From the IMG/VR virus record IMGVR_UViG_3300028048_000038, positions 320,001-384,000 of that record: a stretch of 64,000 bases of DNA. One strand, written 5' to 3'. Positions within the stretch are counted from its first letter, which is position 1. The number at the start of each line of letters is the position of its first letter. This document shows, piece after piece, positions 29,801-39,170 of this stretch. The notes beneath the pieces were generated by a model that was given only the letters and a program-made list of their open reading frames with translations, did not search any database and had not been told where the DNA came from. Origin of the DNA: a virus (lineage: Duplodnaviria > Caudoviricetes). The position numbers and the translations under genes were made by a program.

Positions 29801-30227
29801 GGTTATAAGTACCTCTTGAACGGATTACAGCAACAGCAGTAGTGCCACTTGTTTGTGTGTTACCACTTTCATCTTTATATTCTTTTGAAGCTGTAACAAT
29901 CCAAGCTGGACCTGCATTATAGCCACTAAGACCGAGAACACGAACAACCTTAAGCTGCTCTGACTCGCTCAAGTAAGACTTAGCGATATAAGGCAACTCG
30001 TATTTAGGATATTGACTTCCTTTGAATTTCTCCGTACTTGTTCCACCAAACACCTCTTGGAACTCACGCCAATTAGAAATATCCATTGGCTGAAAAGCTG
30101 GACCCTTCAAGGTCTCACCAACAACACCAAGTGTTGTGATTCCAAGGCTACGAACAGCGTAGTTGATGTCTATCTCACGAGTATAGATACCCGGTGAAAC
30201 ATGTATTCCTCTTGCATTATCTGCCAT
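26886..30227 (-). CDS. tail sheath protein (T4 gp18-like)
   Basis: SPGIYTREID N-terminus, YYPWV, PWFAPAG..RG, LYEGRINPI, WGQKNL, RIAVRRLL, FEPND. Confidence 0.93.
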   Translation of the reverse strand: MADNARGIHVSPGIYTREIDINYAVRSLGITTLGVVGETLKGPAFQPMDISNWREFQEVFGGTSTEKFKGSQYPKYELPYIAKSYLSESEQLKVVRVLGLSGYNAGPAWIVTASKEYKDESGNTQTSGTTAVAVIRSRGTYNPYETGSTTDCVCEESKYDVLKYFVGEKPNSGDATNICDKNGYNMNALQIKPYVPMDSNGNECSGYGMSGDTASTNFYISQNNHGRFKLVGVKGVYSDTEENPEVRDIINKGYSGTTEEREEAIAKGYFEYPVTLNPYDKEYILNVLGSKPYDGDAPIFVESLYDVALDQAIIEDRVNVIDDSLKQFNVYYTADYCHHEPVGGLLRMAETTLRRKHVGMRFLADKESNELGIKVVPYNYKTNKPLTEVVNGKTQIKSEDAIAGQIYTVRQYTNADGKRVYQYGYYSEGFEEIIASGAELTNVYGNLLSGGTKNNDNTTNWKASKLVLNTYDGLYYRMNEDASDVAYVELDMNDYKSAYRYASTPWIVSNLKGDFDHVEVNKLFRFHTITDGNNANYEVKVSIENIRPDDGLFDVIVRRVDDADEQIMPLERFGRCSMIPGDSNYIAYKIGSFDGVYESKSKYITVEVNETTAAKMSVPAGFLGYPIPQYNGLPIDGDRNSVAFPTLKYNRFFDPDIKNRKQYFGLSSWVGVDIDNFTFKGNKAYIDNPQFMTRGFHLDSRLDADNGGISAYTVDGESGYKFDCVSTNSRTSTLSEPPIIGTEDDMFGSIYEYVNLRKFTVFFYGGFDGWDDYRDQRTNTDGYKMSQYRGFINQGSGEGYAFNRIKNPDLLQLNQNGITSDWYAYLSGIRQFSNPEATDINVFATPGIDYVNNRLLVEEAIEMIEEERADSIYVVTTPDKPSGAGDYVDEMFTPDEAVGNLEDSEIDSNYSCTYYPWVKYLDQDNNQYIYLPATKDAVRNFAQTDNTAYPWFAPAGISRGNVDCVRAHFITKLGDEDVLYEGRINPIKTFAQDGPKIWGQKNLQINESQLNRIAVRRLLLRLRKLIAISCIGLIFEPNDSTVKQSFISTVTPILDSIRSNRGISDYRIEVNDTIESRERRELPCKIYIKPYNALEYITIDFIITPEGVSFDDI

Positions 30228-30268
30228 AATTCTTGAAATATTTTAATTTTATTAGTTATTTTCTTTTA

Positions 30269-30277
30269 TATAAATAT
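30269..30277 (-). promoter_or_regulatory. putative late promoter motif (sheath)
   Basis: Sense-strand ATATTTATA about 42 nt upstream of the ATG. Confidence 0.6.
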
Positions 30278-30307
30278 TTACTCACTTTCATTAATTCATA
30301 AGGACAT

Positions 30308-30340
30308 AAAAAAAGCAGTCAAAAAACTTGACTGCTTGAT
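30308..30340 (-). terminator. intrinsic terminator
   Basis: AAGCAGTCAA..TTGACTGCTT hairpin with an A-run (U-tract on the minus strand). Confidence 0.65.
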
Positions 30341-30369
30341 ATTTAATTGTTTTATTTTTTGCCGCACCG

Positions 30370-30681
30370 TTATTGTTTATCTTTATAATCAGATTTCCTA
30401 AATCTTGAGTAACCTCTTGTTAATGTAGTTCCACTAGATTCACCATTTAACCAAGTAATGAGACTCCACTCAAAGTTTACCATTTTTTCCGTTTCCCATA
30501 TATTCCACATCCTAATAGTATATTCTTTCCCATCTATCGTCAGATAGATTCTATCCAAATCCCAATCATCTATTGTTATTGTTTCAGTCTTGATATTACT
30601 TCTTTTTAAAACATTCTCTGTGAATGGAATTAATAAAATGTTGTCCTTAAATTCTGAATTGTTAATAAAATTGTACTTCAT
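30370..30681 (-). CDS. hypothetical protein (103 aa)
   Basis: ORF with a late motif at 30734-30742. Confidence 0.6.
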   Translation of the reverse strand: MKYNFINNSEFKDNILLIPFTENVLKRSNIKTETITIDDWDLDRIYLTIDGKEYTIRMWNIWETEKMVNFEWSLITWLNGESSGTTLTRGYSRFRKSDYKDKQ

Positions 30682-30756
30682 AAAGTATAAAAATTAAAAA
30701 TAGTTATTAGTAAAAAATCATATAAAACTTATATATAAATATTAAAAATTTTACTT

Positions 30757-32436
30757 TTATTTTAAAGACTTTCTCCATACATATTTGAATAATCCACAAT
30801 CCCAAATCCTATCATACCCAAGTTCCTTTGCCATTTCGAGTTCTGTCATCGTCATTGGAAAACCATATTTTTTACTTAATATTGACTTGCACATTGACAT
30901 TTTATGTACTCTTTTATATCTATCTATTTTTTCGTTATAATATCTATAATCTGGTTTTGTTATGTTTTCCAATTCAAACCCAAGTTTTGTATAAAGATTA
31001 TTATCACTCCAAGGTGTCCATCTTCTATCAGCAAATGATACAACTGCACTTGGTTCATAACCTCTAATAAAATAAGTAAACATTTTGCTTGCAACGCCTT
31101 GATATATATAATTGTAATCCGTAGCAAAACGCACAAGTTCCCAATCTTTATTTTTTACATTTCCATTCTTAAATGCCATTACAGCAACGAGTTTGTCTTC
31201 ATAAAAGCCTCCAAGATAAACACTACTTTTATAGAACCCTTGTATATGATATTTCTCTAAAAATTCTTTTGCATCGTTGCTTAATATTTCACGAACTTGA
31301 ATTTTACGCCCAGCTATACGTGGTAAATCATAATCTTTTTTAAGTATATGTTTTAATTTAGTTAAAACTACTTCCTTTTTATTGACATATTCATCTTCAA
31401 AAATATGAATTAACCCATAACCTTTTTCATTACATTGCTCTGTCTTTTCTGAATGATATTTATGATTTTTCTTACCAAAAAATTCTGTATGCCACTTTAA
31501 TCCGTCAAACTCAATTCCAATCCTAGCATGTGGAATAAGAATATCAATTTCTCTACCTATTAGAATTTGCCTATTAGCATCATGTTCGACACCAAGACTT
31601 GAAATATATTCACTTATTTCCCTTTCATATGAGGAAATAAATCTACTTTTAGAAACTACAAGATTTCCAAGTTTCATGTCTCTTTTTGCTTGTTCAAGCA
31701 TGTCCTTTGACATAATTGTAACATTTGGATATGCTTTTTTGAACTCAACCATGCCAATATTGTGTACATTTCTAAGATGACTATATGTTATCTTTGGCAT
31801 TTTCTTACCGCATATTGGACATATGACATAGTTATTAGGGTTTTCAAGATGTTTTTGTTTTTCTATTTCTTTTGCTTGTTTTTTGAAGTATACATAATCT
31901 TCTGGGTGATTTTTTAGATGACTTTCCACACTCATTTTATGAACTGACGTTAAATGGTGAGTAAATGCCCCACTTAAATTATTTTCATCGTTTGTTCCCC
32001 AATCGCAATATGGACATTTTACCTTATATTCAATGTCTTTCTCCTCTTTTATATAAAACCATTGTTCCCACCAATAGTTTCCAGTTTCCATATAATATTT
32101 CCTTCTATCATACAATGATGGTATTTCAACATTATAAACATTCTTAATATGTGATGTAAGAAATCCACCATTATTCATATAATCATTATATGCGATACCA
32201 TTTTGTTTATCAACTGCAATATAATGGAAACCATCATGCTTTTTATATTTTTCAATACTATAGTCAGCAATAACAAATGAACTCTTATCTATAGGCTGTT
32301 TACCTTTTTTCCTAAGTTCAACGCCATTTTCAGATAAAATGTTCTTTAATCTTATTTTTCCAATATGATATTTTGCACAAACATCATATATCCCCATTCC
32401 ACCTTGGTAGTCTTTTATAATTTCTTCGTTATTCAT
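30757..32436 (-). mobile_element. free-standing homing-type endonuclease (zinc fingers + PD-(D/E)XK, Hef-like)
   Basis: CPYC..H..H, CPICG..HL..H, EIDILIP..IGIEFDGLKWH..LIHIFEDE, C-terminal SFADRRW..RIWDCG. Has its own host-type promoter at 32456-32490 and lies just downstream of the MCP gene. Confidence 0.75.
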
Positions 32437-32550
32437 ACCTATTATATTTTTATAGCGCAAAGATATATAAAAAAAATTAAAATTCCAAACTTTAATTCAC
32501 TTTTTTTATATAAATATTAGGTACAAACATAAAAGGATTGAGTATGAAAT

Positions 32551-32588
32551 AAAAAAAACTTGAGCAGTTTACACCACTCAAGTTTTTA
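32551..32588 (-). terminator. intrinsic terminator after the major capsid gene
   Basis: AAAAACTTGAG..CTCAAGTTTTT hairpin. Confidence 0.7.
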
Positions 32589-32612
32589 TATAAGTTATTG
32601 ATTTTCAGTGAT

Positions 32613-34631
32613 TTATCTGAATTCATTAATGCTCCAATGAACAAGTCCATCGACTCTCACGTGGCCATAGTACCTATTATTCACCATCTTCTTCGCATAA
32701 CGTGTCATGATACCCTTTACTGGTGCGAAGTTGAATGGGTTGTACATAGTAGGAGTCAACTGCATTGGCACATATGGTGCATAAATGTAACCTGTGTCAA
32801 GAAGTGACTTACCCTTATGACCGATAATCATTGACCAGTGTGGAGAATATGGGTCACGGTAAACTTGGTAACGTCCACCAAGAGCACCAATCTTCTCAAT
32901 ACCCATGTTGTATTGGTCGCTTTCTGCACTTGCGTCTGAAACGTGGAAGTACTCAAGGTTATCGAACAATGCAGAAATCTCTGAAGATACTACAATGAAG
33001 TTAGCGCCACCACGAAGTGTAGACTTGTGAATCTGTGCAGAAATCTGGTTAATCTTAGTCATCAACTCTTGATTCCAATCCTTCTGAGTGTAGTTGGTTG
33101 AGAATGCAGCCATACGTCTCCAACCATTAACATCCCAACGAGCCTGCCAAGGTGCACCCTTACGCAAGTCACGAAGAATCTCACGGTCAATTTCTGCTGC
33201 AATCTGCTCTGAAAGGATAGCTGTCAACTCAGCCTCTGCGTCAATGTTGTGGAATGCAGAAACGTCTTGTGCAAGCTCTGGAGACCATGTTGCACGAAGT
33301 TTTCTCTCCTCAACTGATACAGTTACTGAATCAAGCTTGAAGCTAACCTCACCGATTTCGGTCTCAAGCTCAAGAGAATCATACTGTGCCCAAGCAATCT
33401 TGAAGAGAGCCTTCAAAGCATCCTTAGTTGCTTGTGGGTCATCTGGAGTGATTGCTGCATCAAGAGCTGCTGCGTCAACACCAACATAACCATCGATTGT
33501 ACCTGCTTGCTGAACTACTGGTTTAGCGAGGTCAAGTTCGATATACATCTTACCTTCTGCATCGCAAGCTGCACCGTACTCTACGATACCCTTACCATAC
33601 TTCTGAGTAACAACTCTGAATGGAACAGACTCGAACTTACGGAAAGCTGCGGTCTGAACGCTCTCTGAGCCAGGAACGGTTGCTGCTGCAATTTCCTTCT
33701 GAGTGATAACCTTAAGAGAAGCAAGGAATCCTTCAGTGTCCATTTCGTTTCCATCAGGACCAGTCAACTTACTTGCGTTGAATGAAGAGAAACCATCAAT
33801 CTCAAGGATGACGTTACGGATAGTACCATCGAATCCACTCTTGAAGTACTGATTAAGGTTGTCAGCACCGAATGGGCGAACACCACTAGGAGCCAAGAAT
33901 ACTGGAATAGCCTCACCAACCTTAATAGTTACCTTACCCTTTGAGTTGTCATACAAGAAGTCGTTGTAGAACAAGTCATACAAACTCTTCTGGAAGTACT
34001 GAGTTACCTCAGGACCAACTCTACGGATAGCAGTTGGGTTAAGACCTGCTGCCTCTGCTGCTGCTTTAGCTGCATCGAAGGTTGCATAAGTAGTCTCATC
34101 GCTAAGAACTGGAATATACCATGCATCTTGAAGCTCATTGATTGTCTCATCTGGGAGATAGTATCTTGGCTCAACACGACCTTCCTTATTACGGTTTACA
34201 CGGTCATAGCCCATAAGTCCCTTATGACGACCAGTTGTACCATCGATGATATCACCTGGTTCTGCTTGTGCATCTGCTGGAACTTCCCACTCTCTCTCTG
34301 AAGTAACAGGGAGGATGAAGAACAACTTACCAACAGGAAGGTTCATAGCTTGAACTGATACGATGTCATTAGCAAGAAGCTTGCTGAACACACGTCTAAT
34401 AATAGGGAAAACAACGGTCTCAAAAGAACCACTGTTATCAGAAGCAGTAGCCTCGTAAATCAAGTGCTTTGCCTCATTCTCATACAATGTAGCAACATTC
34501 TCCTTGATACCCTCTGGAAGACCCTCAGTGAAACCGAGATTGTCCCAACGGTTCTGAATGCTCTCACGTATCTGTTTTTGTGCGTTGTACTCAATATTTC
34601 CAACTACACCACTTGATAGAAATTCTTTCAT
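32613..34631 (-). CDS. major capsid protein (T4 gp23-like)
   Basis: PIIRRVF..LLANDIVSVQAM..PVG, RKLRATWSPELAQD..AFHNIDAEAELT..EIDREI, YAPYVP, GIMTRYA. Confidence 0.96.
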   Translation of the reverse strand: MKEFLSSGVVGNIEYNAQKQIRESIQNRWDNLGFTEGLPEGIKENVATLYENEAKHLIYEATASDNSGSFETVVFPIIRRVFSKLLANDIVSVQAMNLPVGKLFFILPVTSEREWEVPADAQAEPGDIIDGTTGRHKGLMGYDRVNRNKEGRVEPRYYLPDETINELQDAWYIPVLSDETTYATFDAAKAAAEAAGLNPTAIRRVGPEVTQYFQKSLYDLFYNDFLYDNSKGKVTIKVGEAIPVFLAPSGVRPFGADNLNQYFKSGFDGTIRNVILEIDGFSSFNASKLTGPDGNEMDTEGFLASLKVITQKEIAAATVPGSESVQTAAFRKFESVPFRVVTQKYGKGIVEYGAACDAEGKMYIELDLAKPVVQQAGTIDGYVGVDAAALDAAITPDDPQATKDALKALFKIAWAQYDSLELETEIGEVSFKLDSVTVSVEERKLRATWSPELAQDVSAFHNIDAEAELTAILSEQIAAEIDREILRDLRKGAPWQARWDVNGWRRMAAFSTNYTQKDWNQELMTKINQISAQIHKSTLRGGANFIVVSSEISALFDNLEYFHVSDASAESDQYNMGIEKIGALGGRYQVYRDPYSPHWSMIIGHKGKSLLDTGYIYAPYVPMQLTPTMYNPFNFAPVKGIMTRYAKKMVNNRYYGHVRVDGLVHWSINEFR

Positions 34632-34671
34632 ATAGATAAATGAAGTTTTATTTTACTTAGTTATTTTTTTT

Positions 34672-34680
34672 TATAAATAT
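34672..34680 (-). promoter_or_regulatory. putative late promoter motif (MCP)
   Basis: Sense-strand ATATTTATA about 41 nt upstream of the ATG. Confidence 0.65.
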
Positions 34681-34702
34681 ACACGAAATCAGAAAAGTTC
34701 AA

Positions 34703-36181
34703 TTATCTCATCATTCTGTGCATTAAATCAAGAGAATCTAACAAGTCTTTTGACTTATAGATAGGTGTCTCGTTGATTTTCTGTGAACCCTCAACTGTAA
34801 GACTCTTCTCCTCAGTGATGTTCATTTTGTTGGTTTTCTGAAGTTCACGGCTAATAGTTTCATAAAGTGCTTTTGATGACTCGATGGTCTTACCTTCATT
34901 CTTGAATCTATTAATGATTTCCTTCTTCTCATCTTGAGAAGTTGTGTTCTCAGAAACCAACTTAATAATCTGTGCAAGATTGTGGTTAGTTACAGATACC
35001 TTCTTCAACTGCTCCATAAGGTCAGTCAATGTAGCCTTAAGCTCTTTGTTTTCTTCAAGAACAGTATTTGCCCTCTTAATGAAGCTCTCATTAGTAGGGT
35101 TGCCATCGTATTCACCAGCGGTTGAAACGTGATGTTGGTTCATTGGAGAATTCTTCTTTGCCTTAATAGGGTTATGAGATTTTGTTCCCATCATTCTACC
35201 ATGAGCACCCATTCTACCACCGCACTCTGCTGCTGATTCCTCAAGGTTTTCCTCTTCTTCAAGTTGCTTGCCCTTTTCAGCGTTGAATGGTTTATCTGCC
35301 TTATTTTTCTTACTTGGGTATCCAGACCAAGGCTTTGAGTCACCCTTTGGTACACCTGCATCCCAATCGTTTACATTTTTGCCTGGCTCTGACATACCTG
35401 GATTTGTCATTACATCCTTCTTCTGATAATTGTCAGTGTAGCCTACGTTTGAATCATACTCTAGTACAAGTTCAAACATTCTCTCTGTTGATTCATTCAT
35501 ATCATCCATGTTATTTTCAAAATCATCTTCTGCACTGTCATCAGTAATTACTTCATCGTCACTTGGTTCAGATGCAGCAACACCAGCTGCCTCACCCTCA
35601 TCGTCAAGCTTGATTAGGTACTCAGCTCCAGTCTCATTGTCTTGAATATTCACATTTCCATTGTCATCTTTATGTACAAGGATTTGGTCATCATTCTTCA
35701 TTAATTTGTAAACCTTTACGATTTCCTCGTCTTCCGCATTTGTAAAGTCATACTCATCGTCTGATACCTTATATTTATCAAACTCTGCCCATTCATCGCC
35801 TCCTTCGCCTTCAACAGCTCCGTCATCAGTTGGTTCACCCTCTACAGCAGCATCATCAATAACTGAATCGCCACCTTCAAGTTCTCCACCTTCTACATCA
35901 CCACCTTCAGCGTCCATACCAGCGTCTGCGTCTGCTTGACCATCGTCAACCACATCGCTAGATTTTGCATCGTTTGTAATATCAGAACTAGTATCTTCCA
36001 CTTCACCCTCTTCGTAGTCCTTGTCATCGTCCTCAGACAATAACTTGGCATATGTATCACGTACAGTCTCACTCAAGAGAGCTTTAACTGCACTCTCCGT
36101 ATTTTCCTTCAAAGAATTTGCGAGTGTGTTGTAATCCAATAAAGATTCTCTAACTACTTTGCTTCTAATATTTTTGCTCAT
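34703..36181 (-). CDS. prohead core/scaffold protein
   Basis: Highly acidic with a coiled-coil C-terminus and many (L/I/V)xE sites; immediately upstream of MCP. Confidence 0.75.
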   Translation of the reverse strand: MSKNIRSKVVRESLLDYNTLANSLKENTESAVKALLSETVRDTYAKLLSEDDDKDYEEGEVEDTSSDITNDAKSSDVVDDGQADADAGMDAEGGDVEGGELEGGDSVIDDAAVEGEPTDDGAVEGEGGDEWAEFDKYKVSDDEYDFTNAEDEEIVKVYKLMKNDDQILVHKDDNGNVNIQDNETGAEYLIKLDDEGEAAGVAASEPSDDEVITDDSAEDDFENNMDDMNESTERMFELVLEYDSNVGYTDNYQKKDVMTNPGMSEPGKNVNDWDAGVPKGDSKPWSGYPSKKNKADKPFNAEKGKQLEEEENLEESAAECGGRMGAHGRMMGTKSHNPIKAKKNSPMNQHHVSTAGEYDGNPTNESFIKRANTVLEENKELKATLTDLMEQLKKVSVTNHNLAQIIKLVSENTTSQDEKKEIINRFKNEGKTIESSKALYETISRELQKTNKMNITEEKSLTVEGSQKINETPIYKSKDLLDSLDLMHRMMR

Positions 36182-36353
36182 TTAGAAAATAGATTTAATA
36201 CATTATTTTAATTATAAATATACCAAAAATACCAAAAAAATTCTATATACCCCTAAAAATAATGGAAATATAGATATTTTACTATTTGGTTTTATTGACT
36301 AATATATAAATATTTAGAAAAAGACAAATATTTATTAATAAAAAATATTAGTG

Positions 36354-37055
36354 ATGAAAAAAGCTGAATTAGAGATAATAAAGGAAGGTAAGACTGGACA
36401 TGGTATCCTTATCGAGAATGATGGATACATATCATTAGACTTTGGCAACAATAAACAGTTAAAGGAAGATATTAATAATGGTGGGTGGAATGTACCAAAT
36501 CCATTTATTGTGGATTGTATTCTGCAAAAATTTGACACTAAAAACGCAAATGGTAGAATATACCCAGAACATGTCCTAAAAAGGGAAGTTGAGAAATACC
36601 AAAAAATGGTAGCTGAAAAGATGGCTTTAGGGGAACTTAATCATCCTGCTGAAAGTACAATTGACCTTGGAAGAATTTCCCATAACATTGTTGAAATGCA
36701 TTGGGAAGGAAAAACTTTGGTTGGTAAGATAGAATTAAACGTTACTGAAGGCTTTAGAAAATATGGGATAGTATCGACTTGTGGAGACCATGCAGCACAA
36801 TTGCTTCTAATGGGATTCCGTATAGGGGTATCTTCAAGGGGTGTTGGTTCGGTTGAACAACGCCTAGGACAATACTATGTTGGTGATGATTTTGAGTTAA
36901 TAAGTGTCGATATTGTGTCAAGTCCTTCAACTCCTGGAGCTTATATTGGAAGTCCAGAATATCTACAACAATTCGTTGAAAATAACGAAACAAATAATTC
37001 AAAACCTTCTTTAAACGAAAAGATTTTAAAGATTAAAGAAGTACTTTCCTCGTAA
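36354..37055 (+). CDS. prohead core protease (T4 gp21-like)
   Basis: NANGRIYP, ALGELNHP (His), RISHNI, GVSSRGVGS (Ser), DIVSSPSTPGA. Confidence 0.93.
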   Translation: MKKAELEIIKEGKTGHGILIENDGYISLDFGNNKQLKEDINNGGWNVPNPFIVDCILQKFDTKNANGRIYPEHVLKREVEKYQKMVAEKMALGELNHPAESTIDLGRISHNIVEMHWEGKTLVGKIELNVTEGFRKYGIVSTCGDHAAQLLLMGFRIGVSSRGVGSVEQRLGQYYVGDDFELISVDIVSSPSTPGAYIGSPEYLQQFVENNETNNSKPSLNEKILKIKEVLSS

Positions 37056-37095
37056 AGTACTTGTTTTTTTAATATTTTTTCCATATATTTGCATT

Positions 37096-38109
37096 ATGGG
37101 TAAAAAGAAAACAACAAATGAATTTATAAAGGAAGCCACATCCAAGCATAATGGAAAATATGACTATTCTTTAGTAGAATATAAAGGAAATAAAACAAAT
37201 GTTAGCATCATTTGTCCAATTCACGGAGAATTTCAACAAACACCAGACAGGCACTTACATAGTGGTGGATGTTTAAAATGCGCAGCAGAAAAAAGAGGGC
37301 TTAAACGTAGAATGACATTTGATGAATTCTTAGAAAAAGCTAAAAAGATACATGGAGAAAAATACTCTTATGTTAAGGAAACATTCTCTAAAGGCGGTGC
37401 TGAAACTACAATAATATGTCCTAAACATGGGGAGTTCCAACAAACACCAGATAGTCATTTACAAGGACATGGTTGTCCAAAATGTAAAAGTGAAAAACTT
37501 GCTAAACTAAGAAAAGAAGAATTTGGAGACTTTATAGAAAAAGCTAAGAAGGTTCATGGTGATAAATATGATTATTCAAAAGTTGAATATATACGTTCAA
37601 ATAAGAATGTTTATATAACTTGTCCAATACACGGTGTTTTTCCACAAACGCCAAATAGTCATTTAATGGGCGCAGGTTGCCCTTTTTGTAAAAATAGTCA
37701 CTTAGAAGAAAAAATAGCTAAAATTCTAGATAAATTAGGCGTTAATTACGTAAGAGAACAAAGATATGAATGGCTTTTTAACGACAAAAAAATGTCTTTA
37801 GACTTTTATCTACCTAAGTACAATATTGCGATAGAATGCCAAGGAGACCAACATGTTTTTTATAGAGATACATATTACAATGTCGAAGGTAAATTTGAAA
37901 AAAGAGTTGCTCTAGATAAACTTAAAAATAAGTTATGCAAAGAACATAACATACCAATAATTTACATTTTTAACAAACTTCATTCCTCTAGCAGATTAAA
38001 TGAACTGTTTGAACACATGTATGACGATGCAATATTTATTGAAGACATAAATAACGATAATAACACTTTATTAAAAGCAATAAATGAAAAAAGTAATAAG
38101 ATTAACTGA
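37096..38109 (+). mobile_element. free-standing homing-type endonuclease (DUF723-like zinc-ribbon repeats + PD-(D/E)XK)
   Basis: Three repeats of KY.YS..Y..I.CP.HG.F.QTP..HL.G.GCP.C, then LDFYLP..IAIECQG.QH. Promoter TATATTTGCA at 37084-37093. Confidence 0.75.
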
Positions 38110-38482
38110 AGGTGACTTACATGGTTTGATAACAGAATCAGTTACTAGAATTATAAATGAGATTGGTGTTTATCCAAACGGACAAACTGACCTATTCTTC
38201 GACCAAGACCAAGTTGATGAATATCGTTCATCTGCAAATGGTAGAGCTATTGAAGCTCTATTAAGGGCTGAAAGGGAATGCGGATGGAGGCATATGAATT
38301 CAAAGGATATGGGGCGTTATACAGAGTATATCTGCTATCCTATGAGTGATTATACATCAAAAGATAGAAAAACATTCATGGAGAGAATCAAGGCATATGC
38401 TCCAATAAAAGACAATATAGAATTCATCTGCTTGAGAAACCCATACATCAAGAGCTTTACAGTAAGAATTAAGAATATTTAA
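38084..38482 (+). CDS. putative head-internal protein (LTE-motif family)
   Basis: MKKVIRLTEGDLHGLITESVTRIINE; late motif at 38032-38040. Confidence 0.65.
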   Translation: MKKVIRLTEGDLHGLITESVTRIINEIGVYPNGQTDLFFDQDQVDEYRSSANGRAIEALLRAERECGWRHMNSKDMGRYTEYICYPMSDYTSKDRKTFMERIKAYAPIKDNIEFICLRNPYIKSFTVRIKNI

Positions 38483-38494
38483 AAATAAAGGAAA

Positions 38495-38740
38495 ATGAAT
38501 AAAACAATTATAAAACTTACTGAATCTGATTTGCATAGAATTGTAGAAGATTCTGTTAATCGTGTCGTAAAGGATTATATGCAAAATGATTTTAATAGAT
38601 ATAATGAAGAACTTGAAATATACAACAAAGAACTTCAGCTTTTCAAAGAAACTGGAAATGTAAGTAGAGAATATCTTGAAGAACTTTTAAGGAATCAAAA
38701 AAACATGTTGAATATGCTTATTAGTTGTTGTTATAAATAA
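38495..38740 (+). CDS. putative head-internal protein (LTE-motif family)
   Basis: MNKTIIKLTESDLHRIVEDSVNRVV. Confidence 0.65.
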   Translation: MNKTIIKLTESDLHRIVEDSVNRVVKDYMQNDFNRYNEELEIYNKELQLFKETGNVSREYLEELLRNQKNMLNMLISCCYK

Positions 38741-38745
38741 TACAT

Positions 38746-38782
38746 AAAAAAGCGAGGCTAAATTTAGTCTCGCTTTCTTTTT
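38746..38782. terminator. bidirectional intrinsic terminator
   Basis: AAAAAAGCGAGGCTAAATTTAGTCTCGCTTTCTTTT between convergent genes. Confidence 0.7.
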
Positions 38783-38805
38783 GCCAAAACACCATCCAAA
38801 AAAAA

Positions 38806-39135
38806 TTATCCCATTGGTGGAAAATCATCGTAATTGGCTTCAAGGTCAATTCTATCTTGTGCCCATTCATCCTCATCGCCATTCACAATATCATCTTGGT
38901 TAATGTCATTATGAGTTTTGTCAAGAGGTTCACCAGTTATGCCAAAATCATGGTCATTTGTCATACCGTCAAATGGTGTGGAATGTTCCTCACCCTCGAA
39001 TGGTTCATAATTATTCAATACATTGTCGTTCTCACGCCAATCATTTCCCAATATATCTTCCCTCAATATCTTATCAACTGAATTCTTTATGATATTTCTC
39101 AATTCTGATTCTGTTAGTCTTATTACCTTTTTCAT
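38806..39135 (-). CDS. putative head-internal protein (LTE-motif family)
   Basis: MKKVIRLTESELRNIIKNSVDKILRE; late motif at 39152-39160. Confidence 0.65.
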   Translation of the reverse strand: MKKVIRLTESELRNIIKNSVDKILREDILGNDWRENDNVLNNYEPFEGEEHSTPFDGMTNDHDFGITGEPLDKTHNDINQDDIVNGDEDEWAQDRIDLEANYDDFPPMG

Positions 39136-39170
39136 AATATCTAATTTTTATAATAAATATTTCTAAGAGG

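Noticed and set aside
12602-30227. Bacterial contractile injection system (eCIS/T6SS) instead of a phage tail
   Set aside because: Capsid, portal, terminase, protease and replication genes are all present, so this is a phage genome.
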